Shown here in pieces: positions 1 through 12,000 of a stretch of DNA of 64,000 nt. The first letter of the stretch is position 1. Each line of letters opens with the position of its first letter. A model generated the notes under the pieces. The model worked only from the letters and a program-made list of their open reading frames with translations, did no database searches and was not told where the DNA came from. A program made the position numbers and the translations under genes. Origin of the DNA: Orbicella franksi (Eukaryota); the NCBI GenBank assembly GCA_964199315.1, contig OZ116701.1, forward strand, positions 6,882,001 through 6,946,000, read 5' to 3'.

Positions 1-3000
1 GAGCAAACATTTTACAACAGAGTTTTAGACAGCGTCTGTATTTAAGGAGTGATTTTCACTACCTCAATGTGCCTGGTGTTGGGACAATCCTGGCGCACGA
101 CGACTTTGCTTGCACCTTCAAATGCCTCAGCAATCCCCTGTGCTTCTCAGTGAACCTGGCATCTTCCAAAGGGACCAACGGAAAGCTCTGGTGTGAGCTA
201 TTGTCGTCTGATAAATACAACAACCCTGAGGCATACAAAGGAAACATGAGTTCTCATCATTACTCCATATTGGTGGGTTATTCTCTAACATGATTCAAAA
301 CTTAGCACTGAGGAAGGGCTACGCCCGAAACGTCTGCTATAAACATCGTTTTTAATTTGACACTGTATTATTACTATATACAACTTTTAAGTGTTATCTG
401 TGCCACGCAGCAACTGATCCTTTTGGACTATACAAATATTTATTCTCTAACGTGAACTGATATGTACGTTAACCCAGTTAAGAAAGGGATTTTAGGTTTT
501 TAAACTCTTTGTTTTTGATAAGGATATATTTTATAACAATATCGAGGCTGAAAGTCGCGAAATTTTAAGAATATTTCAAAAATAATCCCGCGGCTAAGAT
601 TTTGAAAAGAATGCAATTTTGAGTGTCGAAAATTTTAAATGCAACATAATCATATATCTTTAACTAAACCGTATAAAATTCTTCCTTCTCTAAACGGCAA
701 AACTAGCCCAAAAGCAACAAAAACAGCACTAGCCGTATGTTCGCTGCTGATAATATATCAGCAAGAAGTTATGTGCGTGATATCAGGCTTTCATGCCTGC
801 AGGCTAGCTCAAAAATTACTTCAACACCATCCAGACACCAAATACCTTCGAAACAGAAATGTCATATGCTATAATCAAAGCATATTCACAAGAATATTTT
901 CAGCCTAAAATCAGCAGAAAAATAAAAATATTCAGCCTCGGCCGGAAAAAATTATTCTTATAAAAAAAAAAAACTTAACAGTAGCGAGTGAACGGCTGGA
1001 TGGCGAGCTTTCTCTCTATATTTATATCTACTTAACTTAAAAAGCAATGAAACTCGAAGGAATATTGGAAAATATGAATCGCCTGCAAATATGTGGCTGC
1101 CTTGGAGAAGGCAAGCTCCGTGAGGTTTTAGACTCCTCTAGGCGTTAAGTTAGTTGAGGCACAGCTCGAAAAACGGCAAGAGAAAGCGAAAGAACGCCTG
1201 TGGACAAATTTAACAAAAGTTCTTTCTGCCCACTTATAGACCGCCTACAGGACCCGTAACATGACCGCCGGCTTGTGTTTTTCAGTGGTCTGCAGATGTC
1301 AAAACGCAAAACAGTCAACAGACTTGCTCGTAATATAAGCAGCTCCATTCCAATCATGTGGTACAGGAACGAACAAAGGAGGAACAAACCTAAACATCCA
1401 GCTAGATTTACGTAATCTCGATCAAATTGATGCAAGAAACATAAAAACGTCGTTATGCAAACGTTTAGTTTTCTCGAAGTGAAGCTACGGCGGTCTCTGA
1501 AGAAAAACTGGACGAAGATACATATGTAAATATGATATCCGTGACAAGAAGCAACATACTACACTTGCAAACAGTTCTTATTAAATAGCCGGGCCCGGCT
1601 CGATCAAATTGATGCAAGAACCATGAAGACGTCCTGATGCAAACGTATAGTTTTCTCGAAGTAAAGCTACGGCGGTGTCTGAAGAAAAACTGGACGAACA
1701 TACTGTACTTGCAAACAGTTCTTATATCAAACCAGCCGGGCCTGGCGTCACAAAAGAACGCAAGTAATGAACATGTTCACGGAATAATTCAAACTTAGTC
1801 CCTTGAAAGAAAATACTTAGGAGACTTAAATTAAAACATAACTTGCAATAGAAATGAACCCAAACAAAGTCGAAGCACATAACACATACTCTCCGAAGCG
1901 CCATTCGGATAACTGCAAAAGCCATACAGATGTATTACCTCTTAAATTTTCGATAGCACAGTCTAACGGCGCCACTCTACTAAAAATTCGTCCTAATAAC
2001 ACAACATACAGTGCTCTTCATAAACACGTCTGGAGCAAAGAAAGGTCAGTAAAGGTACACGAACCGTAGGAGTCGTGTAGACCCGTCAACCTTATTTTTA
2101 TACACTGCAAAGACATGTGTGCCATTGACCATATTTTTTTATTCAATCCTATTGTTCTTCGCGAAGGAACTCCACATGGGGAAAATCAGTTATTCCACTC
2201 GCTCTTGTTGGATATGAGATGGTTATAGCCAACTCGACCCTACGCGCATCGTTGGCTATCTACCAGCTCATATCTAACGCGCGCTTGTGGAATAATTCTT
2301 AATCATTATTAACTACTTATTAACCTCGAACGTTCTGTCTTTACGGGAAAATCTCAAACCTCAGCCTTGCCGTATTGATACGGCAAGGCTGAGGTTTGAG
2401 ATTCTCCCTTAAAGATCGAACGTTCGAGGTTAATAATTTTTTTATTATGTGGCTTTTACTTTGGTTTTGCGGACCCGTAATGGGCCCGTGGACATTACGG
2501 GAGAATAATTTCCTACAATTTGCCAATCAGAGCGCGCGTCATATCCGCTACAAACACTAGCCATATAATAATTGTTAATAATTTAACATCATAATCTGAT
2601 TTCAGTCACCTTGTTTTTCATCGCCATGTCAAAATGGAGGTACCTGTGTGCCTAATTACAAGGATGGCACGTTTGAATGCCGTTGCAAAAAGACTTTCAT
2701 AGGAGAATACTGCGAGAAAGGTAAATGCCATGAAGAGGCACTAAGTATTTCAACTTAAGAAACAATTAAGAACAGTTACACCTGGTGCAGCTGCTGGTAA
2801 AAGCAGTATGGTTCAGGCTTTAACTGTGCACTGGTTTGCACTCAAATTTGCAATTGGTTATGTGTTTGTTAACAGGTTGTGATTCAATCGTCTGAAGAGT
2901 AATTTAACTCAAAGCTCACCACCTCTTGCAATATTTTTGATAAAGAACTGGGCACATGGATTTATAGGCGTGACCTTTACTGAGGCAGTGTCTTTTGGTA

Positions 3001-4249
3001 TATTTCAGCTGTGAAGTCATGTATGGAAGTGTTCAATTTTCACAAGTAAGTTGTTCTCCTGTTAACTGTTCAACTTCCCTGCACATACTGAACATTAATA
3101 TATCTAAACAATTTGAGCACAAAATTTAATCAGTACAGTAGCTTGCAGTGTAATTGATGTTTCCGAGAATATTGTCCGAGAGGTTTTTGATACCAGTTGA
3201 TTTAGATTGTTATATATTAAACAATAGTCACTATTTTGCGCGACAGTGTATGCTCGGATATTTATCGCGAACATTATCTCAGTGTTCCGAGAAGCGAACA
3301 GCTCTCCAAGAGCGAAGCTCGAGGGAAACTGTGAACTTCTCCGAACATATAAAGTCAAAGGACAAAATTCGAGCTTTTAATCCATCGAATATTTTTGCAC
3401 GCACGCGATTGGTCTCAACGCGTCACGTGGCCGAATATGGTAGCTGAAACTGTGGAATACCAGGGCGTCATTCCCCAATTTTCGAAAGATCCTGCGTATG
3501 GTGAAGGATTATTAAAACAATAGCCTCAATTTGATTTTAAATATGCTCGTTCCTGTTCGACTCCTGTCCGGGTATTTTTTCGTTGTTTTCACCAGAACCA
3601 TACTGAATTTATTGTTATTCTTATTTCATACTTCGTTATTTCAGTGCTCGCGAATTGTCCGAGAAGTGGACAAAAATACCTTGGGCTATCTGAGATGGAC
3701 TACAATATTGGGCAAAAGTCATGAAAAATTTAATTGGGCTAATTTCGATAAAGTACAAAGTTTTACGCGGTTCATGGGCGAACTGTTTTTGGCAAAATAT
3801 CATATGAGACCCTTAGCATCTCGCCCTGTTTGTCGAAGCTCGCCAACGAAAGCTAACGAGAAGTAGAAGTTACCCGTATTTTCCTTTTTTTCCTCTGAAA
3901 TTCTCACCAGATCCACAGCAAGTGAGGTGGTCTCATTCTACTTTGACTCAAAACCAACACCCATTCTTTGTCGCATGGGAGACTTTGGATGTGGAGATGG
4001 AGGATGGACACCAGTCATGAAGACTGATGGCAGCAAGGTAAGCCATCAACGTGCGGCCTATTAGAAACAGAGCTTTATGGGGTTACAGGCAACGACCAGG
4101 AGAAAGAGACTATGATCGTCTCTTGACAGGAATAGGGTTCCCAGTATCAAAAACTGAGAATGTTCAGATATGACTTCTGGAGGTTAGAAACGCGAACTTC
4201 TGAGTTAAGGCGTCACTTTATGGCAAAAAAAGTAGCGTCACAGATTTCT

Positions 4250-4282
<33 letters not shown>

Positions 4283-5698
4283 CTGTGACATCAACTCTCA
4301 CTCATGCTGATGACGAGATAATAAAATGGACTAAAAGAAAAAAAGCTGCTGAAAAATTGCATTAAATAAACGCGGAATCTACCGGTATAGGCAACAACGA
4401 GTTCAGTAAAAAACAAAAATTTAATTAAACCAAATCAACACAGACAGTGGTAATAAAAGTTCATAAAATGCAAGTTTTCAAAATGTTTATTACCGCAGTT
4501 TGTGTTATATTTTTAATCGAATGAAATTTGTTCCCAGATACGATATAAATTAAAGTTATTAAGCTGTCACTCTCGCTGAATGATGATCTCAAAAAAATCT
4601 GGGTTAGCATGGAGAGATTGTTTAATTAAGTTCCAGGTTGCAATTTAGGTCTGAAAATAATAATAAAAAAAAGAATATGGGCGGTTTTATTTGATGTGTT
4701 ACTTAGAGGGCCGGACGCGGGGAGGGGGGGGGGGTGGGGGGCACTCCCTTATATGTGCTATATAGCTATGTGCGGCCCCAAAAGGTATCGAATAGGGCAT
4801 CGATTTTGTACAATTTGGTCATAAATAGGGTATGGTTTGTGCACCCTAGTCTTGAAGTGGGTATAGTTTTTTACAAGAAGCTACTTTTTCAGCAAATTTA
4901 TTGATGAGACCTTGAAGGAAAACCCCTCACAACGCCTTCAAAATCGGTCTGAACTAAGGAGCTATTTCTAAGTCAGGTCGGAAACAGGGTATTGATTTAA
5001 GGGTCAGGTCATAAATACGGTATCGGATTTTTTGGTCAGGTCATAAACAGGGTATGGAAAATCGCAGATTTTGGTCCTAACTAGGGTAAGGGTTTCGGAA
5101 AGTGGCCCACACAACCCCACCCAATTTTTCTGGGAGTACCCTCCCCCCAGGCTTAGAGACAGTGAATGATGTTCGCTCCATTTTTTCGCAGAACACCTTT
5201 CATTATAATTCGGGGTACTGGAGCGATTATAATGAGTTCAACGTTCTTGGAGGAGAGACTGGGTTTGACACACAAGAGACCAAGTTACCGACCTACTGGA
5301 AAACGCCCTTCTCCAAGATCTGTCTTGGTATGAAGATCGGCCAACAGATCAACTTCATTGTCATCAACAAGCAGGCCAACTCCCTGGACTCACTGATCGC
5401 CGATGGGCAATACCGCAACACCTCACTGGGTCGTAACACGTGGAAGACGCTGATTGGATCACAGGGCTCATTGCAATCCAACTGTGACAAGGAAGGGTTC
5501 AACACGGCTAGCGTTCACGTCACTTTGGGTAAAGCTCGAATTGGTATCCTTGGAAACAACGAGAAAGACTGCATTAAGTGTGACTCCAGAATAGGATTTG
5601 GTACAGGAGGACGGCACGATGACACTAACACGTGTGGAAACGAGGACGCCGAATTTAATGTACACATTAAGGCCATGGGATACATCTTGGTGCAATGA
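1..5698 (+). CDS. Secreted PAN/Apple-EGF-USOMP5-like (fibrinogen-like C-terminal domain) protein, copy A; signal-peptide exon lies upstream of the window
   Basis: Exons 1-272 (PAN: CTFKC..CFSVN..WCEL), 2606-2720 (6-Cys EGF SPCFSSPCQNGGTC..CRC..GEYC), 3009-3045 (VKSCMEV), 3911-4037 ([23 protein letters not shown]) and 5192-5698 ([40 protein letters not shown]). All internal junctions are GT-AG and phase-compatible. The first four exon lengths equal those of copy B. The last exon resembles coral skeletal organic matrix protein 5 (from memory). Confidence 0.88.
505..973. mobile_element. Degenerate MITE (TTTTTATAAGAATA-type ends)
   Basis: Degenerate inverted ends with internal AGGCTGAA/TTCAGCCT inverted motifs. 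Confidence 0.45.
1417..1744. repeat. Local imperfect tandem duplication
   Basis: CTCGATCAAATTGATGCAAGAA block at 1417 and 1599; CTTGCAAACAGTTCTTA block at about 1564 and 1708. Confidence 0.85.
2188..2297. repeat. Palindromic interspersed repeat (TTATTCCAC..GTTGGATATGAG..GTGGAATAA)
   Basis: A second, inverted and more degenerate copy lies at 13344-13477. Confidence 0.65.
2345..2408. repeat. Near-perfect hairpin, 31-bp arms
   Basis: GGGAAAATCTCAAACCTCAGCCTTGCCGTAT-TG-ATACGGCAAGGCTGAGGTTTGAGATTCTCCC, one mismatch. Confidence 0.9.
4252..4282. repeat. Poly-T tract (31 nt)
   Basis: Read directly from the sequence. Confidence 0.95.
4711..5150 (-). mobile_element. Poly-G/poly-C-ended DNA element (GGGGTACTCCCAGAAAAATTGGG family)
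   Basis: Inverted similarity to 36111-36550 and to a fragment at about 63810-63925. Confidence 0.65.
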
Positions 5699-8600
5699 GG
5701 CGCATCTGCCATTACTATTCCATTGGTAAACGGGAACGTTATATGATTTTTAGATATTTCGGTACATCGTGTTTGATTCGTTCTTTTGCAAGGTTTCGCT
5801 TTGAAAAGTCAGTTACATTGACTTCTAGAAAAGTAAATCTTCCAAAAAGGGCGATTTAAAGGAGAAGATGAAGGTCATGCAGACACGAAAAATCCAGACG
5901 TTAAAAAAAGAAATTAGATGTTAGCGTATAAACCAGAGCAACATAGGAACTGAGGTTTACATGCATGTAATGAGTATAATTGTCTCGGGCTCTGTAAACA
6001 GCGAGCGGCCGTTTCCTATTTCATTTCAATGGTAAATTAAAATACAACCAACAAAATAGAATGACTTCACGAAACTTTGTTTACCTAGCTTCATGCAAGA
6101 TGACTCCACAGCAAATCAGAGATCGCTTTACATGAGCAAGGTTTTTAAATGAAATACATTGTATGGTTTTAACGTTATACAACGTTAGACAGGTGTTTAT
6201 TTGTCTTCTGTCATAGCAAAGTGTTCGACGGTGAGCATGCTCTATAAATTACATTCTGCTGTGAACAGCTTATCTAATTTTTCGCTGAGGATTTCTCCAC
6301 GAATATGAAACGCTGTTATTTCTCAGTGTGTCGTTTACCTTTCGCGTTCGTTCTCTGGGAAATTTGCTTTCATTACCTAGTGCTCACGATGCAAGGTCAG
6401 TATTTAAACCTCTGTTAAATTTTAGCACAGACAAAGTAAAATGTTGGATGGCTTTCATTTTCTTGTTAATATTATTAATCAGGGTAGAGTTGTCTTGGTT
6501 ATGCATGAAATCGGCATATGCCCGCTGCTTGCGATATGTAGCACTCCCGTGAATGCCAATGTTTATTTATCTATATAGTAGTGCCGTTCCTAGTTACAGA
6601 CCAATACTGCCTGTGAAATGCCCTAGAAGCAACAAAAAAAATTAGACCACTAATGAAATAAAGAAACTCCTTGTCTTCGAGGGAGCTCGATCTCGCGACT
6701 TTCATTTCGTGACTACGAACGTAATTTCATGGGAAACAGTCATGTGCTTCTAATTATTGTTTGTAGAACTTCCAAGCTATTGTGCATAAATAAAATTCAT
6801 GCTTCATTGTAACTTTCTTAACAAAATGCCATGTTTCACATAGTGTTAATGATATTCAATACGTTCGCCTTATTTTGCGCAAATACCTCTTTAAATTAGT
6901 CAACTTGTTGCTTAATGTTTTAAGAGTGCAGTTTGAAGTGTATTTTTGGTGTGGGTATACATGTAGTAAATGTGGTTAAATGTCCGTTGCAATATTTAAG
7001 TTTACTTTATTCTACTCTGCCTCGAGGAAAGATTAATTTTTCATCCCAACTGAACCGGAAGAGCGAATTTCAATGAAATATATGTATAATTTGATTAAGC
7101 AATTAGCCAAAAATAGGTTGGCCGCCAAAACAGTTTAGGGTTTAGCCTAACTCTAACCTTAAGTTTTAAGACTGAAGAAAAAAAGAAAAAAAAAGCATTG
7201 AGCATTTCAGTTGTTTGAAACAGAAACATTCGCGCACAATGAACTATATGTATAGTACGTGCGTAACATGGAAAGCAATCCGTCCAGCACAGTAATTGTT
7301 CAAATTAACAGCTTACCGAGACACTCGCACTGTCGATGCCTCTTATTTATGACTTTTAGGATTTGTTTACTTTACTTTTTCCGACTTTTTAGCAGGAGAA
7401 AAAGCACTAAATGTGTTGGTGCAAATAAAAAGGTTTAACCGAAAATCGATCCGTCGAAATCAACAAATACAAATTTAATCACTGTAGCGTTCCTTCAGAT
7501 CACGTAAGGCTACAAACCAACAATATCAACTTGTCATCACGCTTAACAAATGAACTTAGAACGATTTTCTTTCTAGAACTCGCTCTTGTAATTAAAATGA
7601 TCAAAGAAAGAACGACAAAATATTAAAGTTAAAAGTGGTCCATTATGTTTTTCTTTTTTCACCCAAATGTTCTAAGATAGCCATCTGCGGTTTGTTGGAA
7701 ACGAATTATGTATTCACGGTGGACGCCCGCGTCACGCAATTGTTTACATTCTCACGGCGGTTCAGGGAAAAATTTGTGAGAAGCACAGGCCAAGGCGGGC
7801 GACTTAAAACCATTTGCCCAGAGATATTTTTTGATTTTCAATCAGGTGGGTGTATAGTTAACCCGTAGAAAGTATTTTTATGACATTTAAAGTTATAGCC
7901 CATAGAAAAATATGGCGATATTTTAGTGCTATAATTCGTTTGCAACACATCGTAATATTTTGCGTTTCTGTTCGATCTCGTTTCGGGCTCAAACGAAACC
8001 TCGATTAATTTTATTTTTCGCTCAGTCATACCATGAAGACCTGAGCTGAATGTAAAGACCATTGAAAGATTCTTAAGTAGCTGCTGTGCGACGCGCAAGG
8101 CAACCAAATTTTCAGAAAATTTAGCATAACAGGAAGTAGATTTTGAGCTCAATCGGGGCAAAATAGTTTTTCGCAAATTTCTCCCCAAAAAGCTGCATTA
8201 GCAGAAACTAACTATGGTCCGTTTGTTTACTAGCTAGGGCCAATCTATGGGCAAAAAATGAGCAAAATCGATTTTTCGACTTGTGCCGTTGTTTGGTCCA
8301 TAGTTATGGGCACTGGCTCTTAAACTAAAGTTAAAGGCCACAGTCTCACTAGACTCGTCAATATTGTTAGACAATGGGACGTCATTACACAAAAGTAGTT
8401 TTATTCCACAAAGCGTTTTAATTTTGTAATGCGAACACAGCTCTAGCTAATCATTTGGTGTGAACTGTTTTGCATGAGGATAAGCAACAATCCATGAAAC
8501 ATTAGGCCCCAGCGCCAAATGGCACAGTTTTGAATATTGATATCCAGTGCAACGCCATAACAATAGAGTCATATGATGCTGCAGGCATAATTGAATTAGG

Positions 8601-9084
8601 ATCTTCCATGGATAAACTTACCTTGGCATACGGCCAAAACCTTGGATTCTCATTGGTTACTATTTCAATATGTTCTGACATGTCAAAGGAAAAGAAATGC
8701 GGTTATGAAAGTTAGACTTGCTGCTTTTAATTGGCGGAAAACGGCATTTTTAACCATAATGTAGTAACGCTGTAAGGGACGCGCTCGTGAGAAAAGTCAG
8801 CCTGCGAAATATTGACAATAAAGAGTCGTGTTATATATTGTCGATTTGTTTAAATTACACACTTGGTTTCAAATATTTCATCCGTCTAAGAAAAACATAT
8901 TCCGACAACTACATTATTCAAATGGCCACCTGCAAATCAAGAGAACTCCAAAATGAGTGGCACCTTGAATTCGATTCAAATTAAAAACCTCTCATTCTCA
9001 CAGTTTTGAAAAAACTCATCACTTGGTGCAACTTGAAAGGTACGCTGTTAAAATTGCTATCGCAGTAAAATTTTGTATTCGATC

Positions 9085-12000
9085 ATGATTGCGGTTTTTA
9101 GCAATCTACTGTTTCTTGTCTGCTGTTTTGTCGCCTCACTGTCGTCTGCTATGAACAAAGCCAGCTGTTCTGCAGGTAAGATTCGATCTCTGTATTTTAT
9201 TGACAAAATGCAATGAGCAAGTTCAGCTTGAAATAATGAGTATGTATATATAATGTGGTAGAATAACTGAATCCTTAAATGATGAGAGCTGCTGTCTCTT
9301 ATTAAATAAAGTGGTTAGTTTTTTTCTCTCAATTCCATGTACAGCATCAGGGGATTAAACATATCATAGTGAATGTTTCGTGCTACTGGCCAAAGTTTGA
9401 AAGGACTATTCGGGCTTAAATTATCATGGTGAAAGGAGTATTACATGGCACAGAAACGAAATTTGCAGGGTAGTCTTTGGTTAAGTCGGAACTGTCTGAT
9501 CCCGTTATTCCCCAGCAAGCACCTAATTGCAAACGCCAAAGTGTTTCTGAATGATAATGGTGCTGGGAAATTTGCGATAAAATTCCCCTTTGGCCCTTTT
9601 TCGCAGGTTTGCTTAGCTTTGCAACATAAAAATTGTGGACGAGAATTTCGATCGTTATTCATTATTTTCAATGCGGCATTAGCTGAAATAATTAATGTTG
9701 CACCATATATACCACATTTTGACGGGACGCACTGTCGTAAGCTTTGGCGGAACTTTCATTTTACCATCGTGTTGACATTGCAACGTATAATTAACATGAA
9801 TCGGAGACAGTTTGTTTTTCTAGCTAGAACATGTTTATATTAGAAATTACGCCGAATTTTACTCTGGATGTTATCGCCACTACGGAAACAGTTCCTAGTG
9901 ATCTTGGAACTAGTGTCATCCAAACGAAAGGCGCGCACCCTGTAGTTAGTTGACCAAACGTCATCAAGGAAAACAGTCTATTTATGGTGATCTTGACTCA
10001 TACGCTCACGAACAGGACTGAAAATTGTTTGTAGCGTATAGTATCTGGTTCATGAAAACAGTGCAGATATAAGAAACTTCCTGTAAAAATTCCCCTTGGC
10101 AATATTCTGCAATACTATAATAGGCCCTTTGCAGCTAGGCCATCACGTGGCCTACTTTTAATACAATTATGGGCTACGGGTTAAAGAATGCCAGAAATGC
10201 AAAAAGCATCTGGAAAATATCAAAATGACCGAGTTTGAAGCCCCTAGCATTCAGTAAAGAATGACATACTATGACGGTTTGAATTTTTAAAACTAAGAAG
10301 ATTTCTATTAAAACACTTGTTGGAGAGCAAGACCTAGTGACATTTCTATAAATACCTTCTAAATTTTCCGAAAATTCAAACTCTCGTATAAACTTACTCT
10401 TTATTGCCAGGGGCCTCAAACTTCTTTGTAACCTTTTGTAGCGTAATAGAATAGCTAGTTTGTCAAATATTTCTTAAAACGTCTTCTAAGTTCTGGTCGC
10501 ATTGTTTTCACTTCCCACAGAATCAAACATTCTGCAAGAGAATTATAACGAGCGTCTGTATTCAGTACACGAGTTCCACTCTCTGAATGTGCCTAATGTT
10601 GGAACAACTATGGCGACTGACGAATTTGATTGTTGCTTTAAATGCCTGCGGAATCCTTCATGCTTCTCTGTTAACCTGGCTGCGTCCCAAACAGTCCGTA
10701 AACAACCTTGGTGTGAGCTTCTGCCTTCCGATAAGTACAACAGCCCCGAGAAATATCAACAAAACAAAAGTTCGCATCACATCTCCATCATGGTGAGATT
10801 CACTGTCTAATAACGTAATATGAAAGATGAATCATACTTCTACTGAATTTTAAGGTATGGGTCGGAGGAAACGTATTCTCAGCTCCCTTTTTCAAATTTA
10901 CCCTATTATAGAAAGCTCCCGGGGGAGACACAAGGAACAATATTTCTTGATTATTTTCTTCCAATATCTTTATAGCTGTAGCAAATTTGTAACTTCAGTT
11001 TTGGAGATTTTTCTCTAGTATAGAGAGAGCCCGGAAATCCAAGAGGAATATAGCGGATTCTGAATATGGCACAGCTTCCAAGATGCAGGAATTTTACAAA
11101 CTAAAGACTTAACAAGTCGATACTTAAGAAATAGAAAACATGTACCGTGTTTCTATCGAATTTTAGTATAAATCTACTAGCGTTCTATCACGAATGCCCT
11201 CCTCTGATTGGCTATACGCTACTCACTATCTATTCCGTTATAGATAGTGAGTAGCGTAGCAGTGTGCGCTTGTTAACAGAATGACGGCCTCTTCTTGGCG
11301 TTTTCGAGGTGTTAATGAAGAGTATTGGATAACGTTTTGAACGACAAGTAGATTTATACTAAAACAATTAGATTATTCGCTCTTGATTCGCCCTCGTCAA
11401 CTATCACGCTATAGAAATTTTGAGCTCATAATCTAATTGTTTGATAGGAACACGATTTTTAACCAATCAGCGCGCGTATTTTCTTACGATTGTTTTCTAT
11501 AAAAGAGTTTGGAAGCACTTTACAACTCAACGTGAATCCAATCACAACACATCCACAAAGCAGAATGTCCAACTAATATTCATTTTGCTTTCTGATTTTG
11601 ATTCGTAATGAGAGCAAGTCTTGTATATTGATCACGTGCTTATGATCTTATTTCAGTCACCTTGTTCCTCCTCGCCATGTCACAACGGAGGTACCTGTGT
11701 GCCAAACTACAAGGAGAACACATTCAAATGTAGTTGTGAAAAAAGTTTCATTGGAGAATACTGCGAAAAATGTAAACGTCAGTAGCTGCACTTTGTTAAC
11801 TAAACTGTAGAAATCTTTTAAGCCCAAGACAGTCAGTGTAGGGGTACTAAGTCACTCAAATTTCTTTTTTGTTAATTACAGTATCTATGTATCCATCGAT
11901 TTATTGATACTCCACGATAAAATTCTAGTATATACCTTTTTAAAATTAAATCTGTTTCTATGGCTAGCATGATTGACTTGCCAAATAATTTAAATGTACT

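Noticed and set aside
9445-9843. 132-aa ORF in intron 1 of copy B
   Set aside because: No recognisable motif and no supporting splice structure.
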